A stretch of 63,572 nucleotides of DNA, counting the filler, from Asterionella formosa (lineage: Eukaryota): the NCBI GenBank assembly GCA_002256025.1. It is 17 parts of 17 records of this genome, joined end to end, with 100 filler letters (N's around TTAATTAATTAA, not from the genome) between each part and the next. Parts side by side here need not be neighbours in the genome. Positions count along the whole stretch, not along the records: positions 6,133 to 36,981 come from NKIB01000792.1; 16 more parts are not named here. One strand, given 5' to 3'. Below, piece by piece: positions 24,377 through 35,358 of the stretch. Numbering within the stretch: position 1 is the first letter of the stretch; each line of letters opens with the position of its first letter. A program made the position numbers and the translations under genes. A model generated the notes under the pieces. The model had not been told where the DNA came from, made no database searches, and worked only from the letters and a program-made list of their open reading frames with translations.

Positions 24377-27300
24377 TCAAACTTGTGCGTCTTCCTCTGA
24401 CGTTTGGGCCCAGTAGCTTTTCCAGTCTTGGTCGACTTTGTTCTCTTTGCCTTGTACCCCTTCCAGCGGCAGCACACTAGTTGCTTCGCCATCCCTCGCA
24501 GCAAGATTCTTGACTGGTGCTGGGGTCCCAATTTCGTTCGATTCATGATAATCATCTCTCACCTCCTCGATGGAAAAACCAACAATCTTAAAACGCCTTT
24601 TGCTGTCACGATGGCGTTCCTTAGCAGTCGCTTCCTCCTCCTTGTTGGCGTACCCTAGCCATTTTCGTCGATCGGCACCTTCGTCCACAACGACAATGCG
24701 TTTGTCACGTTCAGCTGTTTCGAGGCTGTCAGTCCGAATCGCTTCCCAGCGGGCCTTGCAATGGAGGGCTCGAACTTCTAGGACACGCTTAGAGAAGGTT
24801 TGAGTGTCCTCTTTGGGAGCATCTGTCGCGCCATTAGGCCCATTTTCAACTACGAGGGCAGTTTGTCGGAAGCGAGAAACTGATACCAATCTATCTCGGA
24901 GAATCTTGTAGCATGTGCTCTGCGGAACCATCATGAGTAGAGATTTGAGCGTCCGAAAGAGCATTGCACCACTACCTTCCATTTTAGGATAAGCGTCGCA
25001 TTCCAACATTCGAAGATGCAAATGCCGAAAAAGTGGACGTTCAAGGACCTCGACAAGCTTGTCAAGCTCCATGAAAAAAGAAAGATTAATATCGAGTGGA
25101 TCAATGCAGTAGAGGAAGGAACACGCCGTCTTGAAAGCACCTGCCCACAGACATAAAGAGACTGACGCAATAAGATTGTGTGAGAATGAGTGCAACAAAA
25201 TGTGGAAAAGACGTTCTCGCCTGTTGCCTCGCTCGCCTTCCTCCTGAGATCCAATACAATCTTGTAGTAAATCACGAATTTCTTCGGCTTCGTCAGTGTT
25301 GAGGAGAACATGATTCATCTGTTGAACAAAGGAAGAGACAAACTCTAGGTCCACCAATAGATCTTGTCCCGCTGAAAATCTGGTAGCTTCTATCGTTGGT
25401 TCTTTAATGATGCCGCTTTCCGGATTTGGGCTCTTTCCCCCATGAAATCGTTTTTGGATGAATCGATCGAGTTCCACGGCAAAAGAAACAAAGACAAACT
25501 CCGGTGGCTGCAAGGTGCACATGAATTGAATTACCCGAGACAAATCGGCAAGCAGTTGATGATTGTATGCATGAAGTTGAATTAAGGCCGAAAACACTTC
25601 TCTGTCTCGAGACTTTCGAGCGCCCCTTGTAGTTTCAAGAATATCTAAAGCAAAAACGACGTTGGCGTTTGCCATAATGCCTTGATTTGATTCATCTGGT
25701 ATCTCTTCTTCTCCAGCAGTGCCTAAGGCCGTCAGTGACAGGGCGCTCAAAGAGTGCAGTCGCTCGCTTTCCACCGGCACCGTGATCTTGGCAAGGACTT
25801 CTAGACTCTTGAAAATGATCGTCTCTGGGGGGTTATCCACGAGTTGGTGTATGATGGGTGCAATGAACTCTCTAGCGTAATCGGCTTTCAGTACATCTGG
25901 AACGACACTCTCATACAAAACTGTTACCCATTGCAAAGCACACAGTCGCGACATCATGGTTGGGTCTTCTTTTCCGCTTGTATCTCTACTAGATCGAAAC
26001 CATCCTGTACTCTCAATTCCTGTTCCATCAGGTGTAACATCCATTCGATAAGGTTTTCGTTCGATCGCTGGAGGATTTCGGGCGTTAGAAGGAGAATCCA
26101 ATTCTTCCCGTAATGCCACAATAAAACCGTCAAGGTGAGAAACATATGCTTTTCCATCTCGCCTTACTGCGTTTTGCAAGCATTCATTGGTTTGTTCTGC
26201 CAACGACCGTGTTGTTTGATCTGGCAAGAACGAGTCCTTAGTTGATGATCGATTATGAAATGTGTCCCCAATTGATAGCAAGATTCCAGGTAGTACATGG
26301 GGAAGCGAGTTTCGCACCGACATACTCGCCGGACTTACTTTGGATGGATCGCCCATGTGCGCTCTGACTATTCTGGACATCCAATACATGGCCACCTTGC
26401 GAACAAAGGGGTCGGGGTGTTCCAACGTTGTCACCAATGATTGAATTAACTTGTCAAAGTCAACCTTCATTGGAGCATCTTCTTCAAAGAGCCCGTCGTT
26501 ATTTTCTATTAAGAGTTTTGGAAGGACAGACTGCAAAAATGCCAAGGCCGACTGTCGAATGCTAATATTCGGATCGGCAATCATGGCAAAGATACCCCCG
26601 AGGAAAAGATGCAAAAAATCCAAAACTGGAGCACCAAATAGCTTTTCGTTCAGCTCTTGCAACCACGTCAACGTGAGGCGCTTCGTTGCCTTGTTGCGCA
26701 TACATACAAATCTGGCAAAAATGGGAACGCAGGCGTCGGCGGTAAACTGCCCCGAATTGATGGCTCCCACAATGACTTCCTTCAATTTTTTGTCCAACAA
26801 CTCCGCTCCACTTCGCACATCCACGTCCACGTCTGCAAAGAGCGATCTCAAAATTTCAAAGAGAATGAAAAAGTGCTGAACTGCTAATGTAGGAATCACT
26901 TTCACAACATTGAACAAAGATTCAGTAGCGTAGTATCTGACTCGCTGGGAATGATCTTGACACGCATGCACCACCGATGCCAATATTAAATCTCGACACT
27001 CGGCCGCTTCAGGGATGGCATCGGATGCTTTTTTTAGCCCAATGGCACATGCAGCCAATGCTACGACCCCACCTTTGCGAGCATCTTCCGACGTGGATCG
27101 GACATAGTCATCGCTCAACAATAACAAAATCGCCCTAACGCGATCCAATTCGCCTTGTTGTACGAGAGACCGGACCACTTTTTCAATTTCCATGGCGGCC
27201 AAGCGTCGTCGCTCGTAACGTTTGTGTGCCAAACTAACCAGTACGGCAGCACTAAGGGATTGTTGACTCGATCGCTTGAGACTTTCCCTCGTTTCTTGCA

Positions 27301-27904
27301 AAAATCGATCATCCCATTGATCACTCCCTTCAGCGAGTCGCATCATGTCACTGTCAAAGAGGGTGATAGATTCAATCTTTTGTCGCATCGTCATAAGGAC
27401 ATCTGGAAGAACGCCAGCGGCTAGGTCCATGTCGGCCAGAGCAATAGGCCTGAGTTGCCGTGGAGGTGCAAGCGACAGTGTCGTGGATCTAGTCGTGTTT
27501 GTATTTATGGTGCTGCTATTGCTAAGCGAGAGCCTGAGTGTTGCGGGAGGAGGCAGAGGGAAGCTGGATGATTTCTGCGCGTAAGTCCTAGTGGATCTCG
27601 GCGGTGTATCGAGTGACTCGTCCGCCGTTAGGACTTCTTTGACCAATGAATCCTCCGCTTCTCGGTAAAACTCCCCATCTTCAAAAGATGCGGCCCCTCG
27701 GTTGGGTACTCCCGTTCGGAGAGCCTTGTCAAACTCTGACACCGGATAGTTTGCTTCAAAGACCTCATCGTCGTCCTCCTCCTCATCGTCGGAATCGCTG
27801 CTAAAAGCGTCCTCGTTTTGATTCTGGAACGTGGTCACTGGAGAATCCACATTGTCATCGTCTGACAGATAAATCTCCTGAATGCGGTTGCTTTGTATGT
27901 CCAT
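24377..27904 (-). CDS. VAC14: VAC14 scaffold of the PIKfyve/Fab1-Fig4 complex (about 1175 aa, intronless)
   Basis: LAHKRYERRRLAAMEIEKVVR, ARKGGVVALAACAIGL, RVRYYATESLFNVVK, VRSGAELLDKKLKE, and C-terminal ELDKLVEVLERPLFRHLHLRMLE...LKSLLMMVPQS. Start placed at MDIQ (ATG 27904) rather than the non-ATG start at 28201. Confidence 0.93.
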   Translation of the reverse strand: MDIQSNRIQEIYLSDDDNVDSPVTTFQNQNEDAFSSDSDDEEEDDDEVFEANYPVSEFDKALRTGVPNRGAASFEDGEFYREAEDSLVKEVLTADESLDTPPRSTRTYAQKSSSFPLPPPATLRLSLSNSSTINTNTTRSTTLSLAPPRQLRPIALADMDLAAGVLPDVLMTMRQKIESITLFDSDMMRLAEGSDQWDDRFLQETRESLKRSSQQSLSAAVLVSLAHKRYERRRLAAMEIEKVVRSLVQQGELDRVRAILLLLSDDYVRSTSEDARKGGVVALAACAIGLKKASDAIPEAAECRDLILASVVHACQDHSQRVRYYATESLFNVVKVIPTLAVQHFFILFEILRSLFADVDVDVRSGAELLDKKLKEVIVGAINSGQFTADACVPIFARFVCMRNKATKRLTLTWLQELNEKLFGAPVLDFLHLFLGGIFAMIADPNISIRQSALAFLQSVLPKLLIENNDGLFEEDAPMKVDFDKLIQSLVTTLEHPDPFVRKVAMYWMSRIVRAHMGDPSKVSPASMSVRNSLPHVLPGILLSIGDTFHNRSSTKDSFLPDQTTRSLAEQTNECLQNAVRRDGKAYVSHLDGFIVALREELDSPSNARNPPAIERKPYRMDVTPDGTGIESTGWFRSSRDTSGKEDPTMMSRLCALQWVTVLYESVVPDVLKADYAREFIAPIIHQLVDNPPETIIFKSLEVLAKITVPVESERLHSLSALSLTALGTAGEEEIPDESNQGIMANANVVFALDILETTRGARKSRDREVFSALIQLHAYNHQLLADLSRVIQFMCTLQPPEFVFVSFAVELDRFIQKRFHGGKSPNPESGIIKEPTIEATRFSAGQDLLVDLEFVSSFVQQMNHVLLNTDEAEEIRDLLQDCIGSQEEGERGNRRERLFHILLHSFSHNLIASVSLCLWAGAFKTACSFLYCIDPLDINLSFFMELDKLVEVLERPLFRHLHLRMLECDAYPKMEGSGAMLFRTLKSLLMMVPQSTCYKILRDRLVSVSRFRQTALVVENGPNGATDAPKEDTQTFSKRVLEVRALHCKARWEAIRTDSLETAERDKRIVVVDEGADRRKWLGYANKEEEATAKERHRDSKRRFKIVGFSIEEVRDDYHESNEIGTPAPVKNLAARDGEATSVLPLEGVQGKENKVDQDWKSYWAQTSEEDAQV

Positions 27905-28849
27905 TGTATTTGCTGATGAACTATGTGCGTCACAATTTATATTTGTAACGATGTACCGGTAGTCTAGCCCGATTGAATCGAATACCGGTAATAGCGTCAA
28001 TGCGATGAGCCGAGGAAAACAGCAATGTACCTTACCGGTAATTGTCCCGTATTGCTTTTGGTTTCGGGGAAATTTCAAACATAGACAACCGGTAACTTCC
28101 GGTGCAAGAATAATGTCATCTAAAAACATACACGTGAAAATAACATGTGAACTCATATGAAAGGAGAGGAGTATGATGATACCGGGTATTATTTTTGACA
28201 AGCATCTTATTTAGTACTATACATACATGAATGCATTGTTAACCTCATTCAAGCGCCTTAACTTGAGACTATACTCAAGTGTTAGTAGGGTAGGCCACAT
28301 GGTGCTTCCTGGCATTGACAGCCTTTAGGCAGGCAAATATTAGAGGCTATTGAAAATATTGAAGGTATTTTGGCAATCCAAAAACAGAGCATAGTAGGAA
28401 ATGTATAAAATGTGTTTTATAAGGAGGGAAATTGCAGAATTGAGTAATCCAAAAACTGAACATTGTACTATGAAATATTCAAATGATATCTTTTATATTA
28501 ATGGCAATTGGCCAGTTCGCATCCAACATACATACTATCTAAAATAGGTTTTCAATGTGAGCTGAAAGGACAATATAGTCGCTAAAAGTGCGCCAATAGC
28601 TATGTATTAGGTTGTAAATTGCCAACTGCCAGTAGTTCCCAATGTGCATTGCAAGGAAGTCTACCAGTAACTGTGAGGGCATCCCAAGTTGATTACCTAG
28701 TACCGATACCTGGTACTCCAGTACCAGCCTGGTAGTGGAGTACATATGGGATAAAGACAGTTATACTAGTACTATCCTTAGTTCAGCAAAATTACCAGTA
28801 CCGCAACTTGCTTGCAGACCTTCCTGGTATTACTTTTTGGTACCAGGTA

Positions 28850-30890
28850 CTCCCTCTGGTTGAAAACTGTTGCGTCGATTTGCCGTGACTCAAGTGCCAA
28901 GCAGCTTATTTTTAGGACGGATTACGTAAAATTGTATCAATTTCCTACATGGCTAAGGGTCGGCTTACTCAAAAAAATGCGGTTTTATGAGTAACATAGA
29001 CATGAACATAAACACTGTATATTAAATTTAATTATGAATAAATTGATTGAAGCCAATTCAACATACAAATATTCATTGGGTAAATGTAGTAGAATAAGAA
29101 AATTTTATAGTACTACGCTTTTGTTGAAAATCGAATCTAATGGAGTATGTGGAGTCGCAGCCACTGGGGCACATATAGGCCCCAAGAAGGTCTGGTAATC
29201 AAAGAATTGCGCGCACTATATACTAAAAATTCCACGTAGTGGTTTCAACCTAATTCATTGGAAGTCTGACCGGCTCACCAATTCCGAAATGATGAAAAAT
29301 CTCAAAATATTTCCCTGTGACCGTTATAAGGTTTCAAACGGAAAAGCGCCGCCACCTTTCACGGCAGAATCGCTGACTACCAACTTCAACTTGCTGACTG
29401 CGGACTTCTTGTTGATAACTGCTGATTTGATTTGCTGAAAATTTGAAATATTCGCTGACTGCTAACTTCAATATGCTGACGTCAAGCAAGCTACTTTGTA
29501 CAAAAACCAACTACCGGTACCGGTGTACAAATCGTGTCTACTTCTCATATTTGAAAAACGATGGAAACGCATCTTTTTGTTTTTGAGATACTAAAAGCGA
29601 TGCCTTCTATGTCCATAGTATCGGGAGTAACATAGACATACCTGCTACTCCGTACATGATAATAAATTGTGAAATCGACATTGATGCCTTAAAAAATCAT
29701 TGCTATCTAGACTACTTCGGCTCGTGATATTGCTACCACTATCTATGTACCGGTACTATCGTTAAAATGCTGACTTCAACTTGTTAACTACTGTGGACTT
29801 CGTTTTGCTGACTGCTGACTTGATTTGCTGAAAATTTGAAAAAATCGCTGACTGCTGATTTCTTTTGCTGACTGCTCACATGAAATCGCTGACTGCTGAC
29901 TTCAAGTTCATTTTGACAGCAAAACGAGTAACGGCTTAATGTCTATGTAAACAACTATTTAAAGAATAACGGAGTGGCGCAAAATTTAGGGGTTGGACAA
30001 TATTTGGGGTGTACCCCTGCCTTTTTCTTGTATGTGAATCGATGAACAGAAAACGAGTAACCTGCACGCTATGTGCACTGATTACTGGACCTTCCAAGGG
30101 AATGACAATTAAGGTGAATCCATAGTGGGAATCTTAGGGGTTGCAGCTTGAGGCTCAAGGTTTAGAAGGATTGAAAATGGAAAAGTGAATGGAATCTGTC
30201 TATTGTACGTCAAGGGCACACATGCCAGGATGATTGATTGTTGGGTTTACAAAGACTAAATGATCGTTTGCTTGTCAAGTGATTCAATAACTCATTTTTC
30301 ACTTGGTGGGAAACCACCGATGTCAACACAACAAAATTGGTATCTGAACAGTCAAAGATTGAAATCAACAACATCAGGGGAATTTGTGGGAAAGCGATGC
30401 AAACTCATCATTATCACCATTATAATAGGATTTGAATGTGTGGTTCCAAATACATTTTATAGTTGCTTTATCAACTTTGAACTGGCCTGCCAAATATTTA
30501 ACAGTTCCATGCACTAAAACAAGCCAACCATCTATTTCGTCCCCTCCATCAGGTCCTTTTTTGAGGTTTGGCAGACCATAGATCCAACACAAGTTGACGC
30601 TCTGGTGGTGTTAGATCCTTTCTCATATTCTTGTTGAGAAGAGTTGGTGGCAAGAAAGAAGGGGGTCAGGCATCTGCATTTTGTAGTCGAAAAGCCCAAA
30701 ATTTTTTTTCAAATTTAGTTGCCAATTTCAATCATTCTATATATATATATTGCATGCATGGATCCGTAGCTTTGAGCAAGCCTCTCAATACGGCAATTGA
30801 GTCGGAGAAAATTGAGGCGGTTAAAATTGTCCCAGAGAAATTTGAATTATCGATGCAATTACCAGTACCTGTATTATTGGACAGAGGGAG
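28850..30890 (-). mobile_element. Mariner/Stowaway-like element with decayed transposase N-terminus
   Basis: TA|CTCCCTCTG at 28850 and GGACAGAGGGAG|TA at 30879-30892 resemble Stowaway-type TIRs. Minus-strand remnant LVHGTVKYLAGQFKVDKATIKCIW resembles a mariner HTH. The left TIR matches for only 9 bp. Confidence 0.5.
29370..29905 (+). repeat. Two blocks of about 110-135 bp of iterated GCTGACTGC motifs
   Basis: Blocks at about 29370-29485 and 29768-29905 share TTGATTTGCTGAAAATTTGAAA and multiple (C/T)GCTGACT units. Confidence 0.75.
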
Positions 30891-30968
30891 TACCAGGAGA
30901 TACTCAAGATCATGGTACGAGTACATCCCTCCCTCATGTCTTACCTGCACTACGAGGATGGCACCAGG

Positions 30969-31160
30969 TACCACCTAAAAACTGAGAGTCAACGTTTAAC
31001 AACTCCTTCGTCCGACTAAAATTATCGAGGTTACTAAAAGGATGAACTTTAGTGTAGTCGATAAACCCGGGATAGCTATTAATTAATCAGTTCTGAGGTA
31101 GAACATACATTTATGGAGATCTAAGCCAATTAATTTTACTCATTTTGACTCATAACATTG
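30969..31160 (+). repeat. Dispersed repeat family beginning CCACCTAAAA(A/G)CTGAGAGTCA
   Basis: Same start at about 13850 and a diverged copy at about 56367. The internal segment TAATCAGTTCTGAGGTAGAACATACATTTATGGAGATCTAA (about 31085) is matched at about 56487. Confidence 0.6.
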
Positions 31161-31485
31161 TCTTTCAGTACATATTTTTAATGTTTTTGCCCGAAAACGA
31201 GATAAATAAAAATTCATTCTTTTGATAGCTGTCTTCACCTGCCTTAGTTTTTGTGTCACAATCATCCTTGTCTAGATCAAGTCAACCATGATGACTGTTC
31301 CTCTGCGTCGAATCCAAAACCAGTTCTTTATTTTATTATTTATTTTTTAATATTACGCGCTACAATTTATCAGGAAGCTCCAGGAGCTGATACAACGTCC
31401 CAGAGATTGCTCCGTATACTCTTTTACTTTGTTTACGGATCTGTCGTCGTGTTTCCAAAGGAAAGGACTGTCTATTTTCAATCTA

Positions 31486-32400
31486 ATGAATGAAATGACA
31501 GAATCCTTGAACGAAGCCTACCAACGAAACGGTTTTTTGGGTCCCATAGAAATTCTTTCCAGACAAGAAAGTGCCGCAGTCCTTGAGAAATTCAATATCT
31601 GGACGTCCTCGCTCCCACAGGGCAAGCTGGTCGGCGACCTTCGCTTCAAGCCACATTTGCATCTCAATTTTATCAATAATATAGTCAGGCACCCGAAACT
31701 AATCCGAACTGTCAAGAGTATTTTACAAACAGAAAATATCATACTCTGGTCATCAGATTTCAATGTTAAGCCGCCCCGATCACATGTTTACTTCCCTCCG
31801 CACCAAGATGCCACTTATGCTGGTCTCGACCCATCTGAACAGGTACTTACTGTTTGGGTAGCTCTTTCCGATCCAGTAGGAATCAATGAAGGTTGTCTAT
31901 GCTTTATTCCTGGCTCGCATCGTCATGGCCAACTTCCACATAAGGAACAACAGGACGATGATACAAACAATCTACTTTCCAGGGGACAACGAATCGCCGG
32001 CGAGCCAATGCAATACTATCATAACAAAAAACCCGTGGAACTTAGAAGTGGTGAAGCTTCCGTGCACGGATTTTTTACCGTTCACTCGAGTGGACCAAAC
32101 CGTTCGCCCTACCCTCGAGTGGGACTCGCGTGTCGGTACATGACCGCAAGTGTGCGGCAAACGGGCACAATCAAAGAGTCAGTCACCTTGATCTCCGGCA
32201 GTTTCCAGCATGATGGATTTGATGTGGAGCCGATCTTACCTGAGTACCCGACTTGTGAAGAGGTAAATTTAGGACGAGAAGCACATGCAGAGGCCATGAG
32301 GAGAGAAGCTGCCAATTATTTTCAATCGTCAGTGCAAACAAGTACCTACGACGAGATTTTTCAGGCACAGAGTAAAAGCACAGACGGCTCGCAACTATAA
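31486..32400 (+). CDS. Phytanoyl-CoA dioxygenase (PhyH) family 2OG-Fe(II) dioxygenase
   Basis: YQRNGFL, FNVKPP, HQD iron motif, LTVWVALSD, GCLCFIPGSH, distal His in TVHSSGPNRS, and RVGLACRY. Confidence 0.9.
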   Translation: MNEMTESLNEAYQRNGFLGPIEILSRQESAAVLEKFNIWTSSLPQGKLVGDLRFKPHLHLNFINNIVRHPKLIRTVKSILQTENIILWSSDFNVKPPRSHVYFPPHQDATYAGLDPSEQVLTVWVALSDPVGINEGCLCFIPGSHRHGQLPHKEQQDDDTNNLLSRGQRIAGEPMQYYHNKKPVELRSGEASVHGFFTVHSSGPNRSPYPRVGLACRYMTASVRQTGTIKESVTLISGSFQHDGFDVEPILPEYPTCEEVNLGREAHAEAMRREAANYFQSSVQTSTYDEIFQAQSKSTDGSQL

Positions 32401-32521
32401 TATGATCAAAAACTCACCCTTGAAAGACTGTAAAATGGTTTGAAATTCTCATTTATAAATTCCTGTTCCTATCCATTAAGGATCACCTATGCACAATACT
32501 ACTACCCCTACTCAGTTTCAT

Positions 32522-33739
32522 TCACTTACTAGAAAACACATTCTTCTTCACCTGATCCAAGTTCGCTTCCTGCATCTCCACTGTGGCTATTTCCACCATT
32601 TGCTGCAATGCTTGTCCTAGTTGATCTTCCTTTCCCTTCGTGGCTCTCGCTCCTGCCGGCTGATCTGCATTGGGTCGCAGCCCATAGACACCCTGTGATT
32701 TGCTTGACGTCACTGCCTTAACAGCAAGAGTGATTCGATGAATCTTTTCTGGGAGCTCCTTCTTTGCTTCTTCATTAGTAGCTGTTAGAGTCCGCATCCA
32801 GAGATAATTTTCAGTAAGCTGGCCCAATACTTTCCGTGCATGTGACGACATGTAATACTCAATGCCCAGTTCGTAATACCGAGACCAGCAAGACCCCCAT
32901 AGTTCAAGTCGTTTGCTCTCTTCTAGAATGACTTCCGAAGAAGGGCATTCGTTTTCAATCGGCGAATTGTATGCCGGTGGGTACGCTCGAAAGGCTTTGA
33001 GGGTGGGTGTCCCGGTGTGTATACTCCTGAGCGGATCCACAACAATCGCCACAAATGGATTCCCATGAGGATCTTCCGCTCGCTGCCACTGCAATTGCGT
33101 CGATAAGTCAGTCTGCGACAGAAAACAATGTGAATGCTCTCCCAAATCAAAGGGATGACTGTGATACCAGCCCATAAACTTTTCCTTGCGCGAATGTTCC
33201 AAACACTCTCCGAGCGATATCATGTGATTGACCACTTCTGAATCATCTGCAACGACGCGTGTTTCAAAGCCTTCAATAGGAAGAGGAAAGGCGTCTGTAA
33301 CGACCAGAGTTCGGGGGGTGTTGGGGTCGGGTCTGCCCATGAGCATGCCCATGACTTCAATTGGATTCCCGCCCTTTTTGATTCCCTTGGTTACCCCAGA
33401 TTGGCAGTGCATCATCTTCAGCATATGACAGCAACGAGCGACGAGTTTGTGAGCAAGCGAATTAGTTCTTCAGAAAAACTCAGCTTACAGGGTAAAATCA
33501 AGCGCAAACCGAAATCAATGCCCAGCGTTTCTACTCACGATCTTGATGAGGGCTGAAGGCGACAGCGCCACTTTGTCGAAGTGCTTGACGTTCTTCATCC
33601 AGGGCTTTTCATCCTTTAGTCTCTGCAGACTTTCTTCATCGTAACTGTAACGCGAATCAGCATTAGCATTTTCAGCTTGAAATTGTGTGACTTCTTCCGG
33701 AGGGAGAACGGCTTCCTGAGCATCCATAGGCGACGCCAT
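32522..33739 (-). CDS. CSN5: COP9 signalosome subunit 5; exons 33739-33539 and 33415-32522
   Basis: KPWMKNVKHFDKVALSPSALIKI|MMHCQSG, EVMGMLMG, DAFPLPIEGFETRV, JAMM motif GWYHSHP...FLSQTD, AIVVDPLRS and AFRAYP. Intron 33538-33416 (gtgagt...aag). Confidence 0.93.
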
Positions 33740-33880
33740 CGTAGCTCGTGCTGTTCAATTGAATCTATTTATGACAGAATGAGTGTTTTTATAATGTACC
33801 ACCGGTATTATCTAGCATGCAAATTATTTTCACTGCAGTAAAGAAAGGTACCCTGGTACCTGGTACTAACAGGTACATGT

Positions 33881-33952
33881 GGGAGTTGCGGTAAAAGACG
33901 GTTTTTACTATAAGAAAAATCAGCTACATTTCTCGATTACCGCAAATTGCTC
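33881..33952. repeat. About 75-bp foldback mini-element, copy 2 (in the CSN5/rps21 divergent spacer)
   Basis: GGGAGTTGCGGTAAAAGACGGTTTTTACTAT...TTACCGCAAATTG, homologous to 12826-12902. Confidence 0.7.
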
Positions 33953-34194
33953 TGGTACCGGTACATCCACATGATGCAATGAACAAGCCTATGAAGCTAC
34001 CGGTATGTACCGTTATTATTTATTGCTGCTTGAATCCGATTTGTCCCAATTCGTTGAAAGGGCATCCCGGATACTGGAAAGACTTTATCAGTCCATCTGA
34101 TACCGGTACGCGTTTACTGACGTCTCTGGGCCGTCGCTTTTGCCGCATGGCGTGTGTACGAATTACTCACCTCCCATTCCATAGATTGATCAAC

Positions 34195-34740
34195 ATGGCG
34201 CGTCTTTCTGCTCTTTTCTTACTTCTGTTGACGGCTCTGGCGGCTGTTTCGACATCAGCCTTTGCTCCTACCCCTGCGTTCAGCAGAACTGTCGGTATGT
34301 ACACTCAATATAAGGAACTGGAAGAAACATATTGATGGTTAAGTCACCTTGTGATGGATTAAGTCTGACGTGCGACCGCTGCAAAGAACACGAGATCGAT
34401 AATGGCGAAACGATGAGGCTGCATGGTGGTCAGCTCAAGCACCTTACCATTTCCATCAAGCACCTCCATTTTTCTAACCTTGCCGTCGCTTATTTCCCAA
34501 ACAGTTTCCAGCACTGAACTTGACGTCAAGGTCAAGGTTGTTGTGGGTGATGGCGAACCTATTGAATCTGCCCTTCGTCGATTCAAGCGTGAAGTTAGCA
34601 AGTCTGGTCACTTGATGGAACTCCGTCACAAACGCTACTTTGAAAACTCCCAAGAAGAGAAGAAGCGCAAGATTAAGGAAGGAAGATTGCGTAAGAAGTT
34701 TGAACGTATGGCCAAGCGTCGTGCGGCCAATCGCACTTAA
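34195..34740 (+). CDS. rps21: Nucleus-encoded plastid ribosomal protein bS21; exons 34195-34294 and 34505-34740
   Basis: Signal peptide with TSA-FAP motif, then VKVVVGDGEPIESALRRFKREVSKSGHLMELRHKRYFE. Intron 34295-34504 (gtatgt...ctaac...cag) is in frame. Confidence 0.92.
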
Positions 34741-35358
34741 AGTTGTTTTTATGGGTCTTCTGTAGGACACGCTGAAGTCCTCAGTAACAATTAGTAACAG
34801 AAATAGAAACGCAGAAACAAAAGCAAAGGAATGCCCTTGGGTTTGGCACCCCAAAAGAAGATTTAAGGCGTCAAATCATTTGGCCTAGTGGTCAAAGCTG
34901 CCTTTTCTTTCAGCTTGTGCTTTACAATTTATTGGCTCACGCATGTATTGTCGATTAGCTCGTAATAGGGGTAGATCAGTAGGTGCCATCCAAACAGCTA
35001 AATATGAGTACTTTAAGTGCAATTCTGTTTTTATGTGACACCGGCTGCCATATTGAGTTGCGGCGAGAAGTGTGGATCATGGTCATTACACGGTCAAGGC
35101 ACACATAAATGCTCTTTGTACTCGCGTACAGCGATCTGTGAAGGTTCTTCATCAATTTCGTTGCACATTAATGTCGGTAAACGTCATGAATAGGGTTTTT
35201 TAACTCCATATCAATACTGGTCGAATCCTCAGGGCTCCTTGTTATGCATTATCCCGTGCCCTGTGTTTCACTATTGCAACTAATATTGGCCCCGATAATT
35301 TAGTCAGTCCAATGAATGAGGCTGAACATTTAAAGAAAAATGGGTATTCTAGTGTTGT

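Noticed and set aside
27905..28201. N-terminal 99 aa of the 1274-aa ORF
   Set aside because: It begins at a non-ATG codon and spans promoter-like DNA with three TACCGGTA sites, so it is probably untranslated.
29631..29947. CATAGACAT...ATGTCTATG as TIRs of a MITE
   Set aside because: Only a 9-bp match and no target site duplication.
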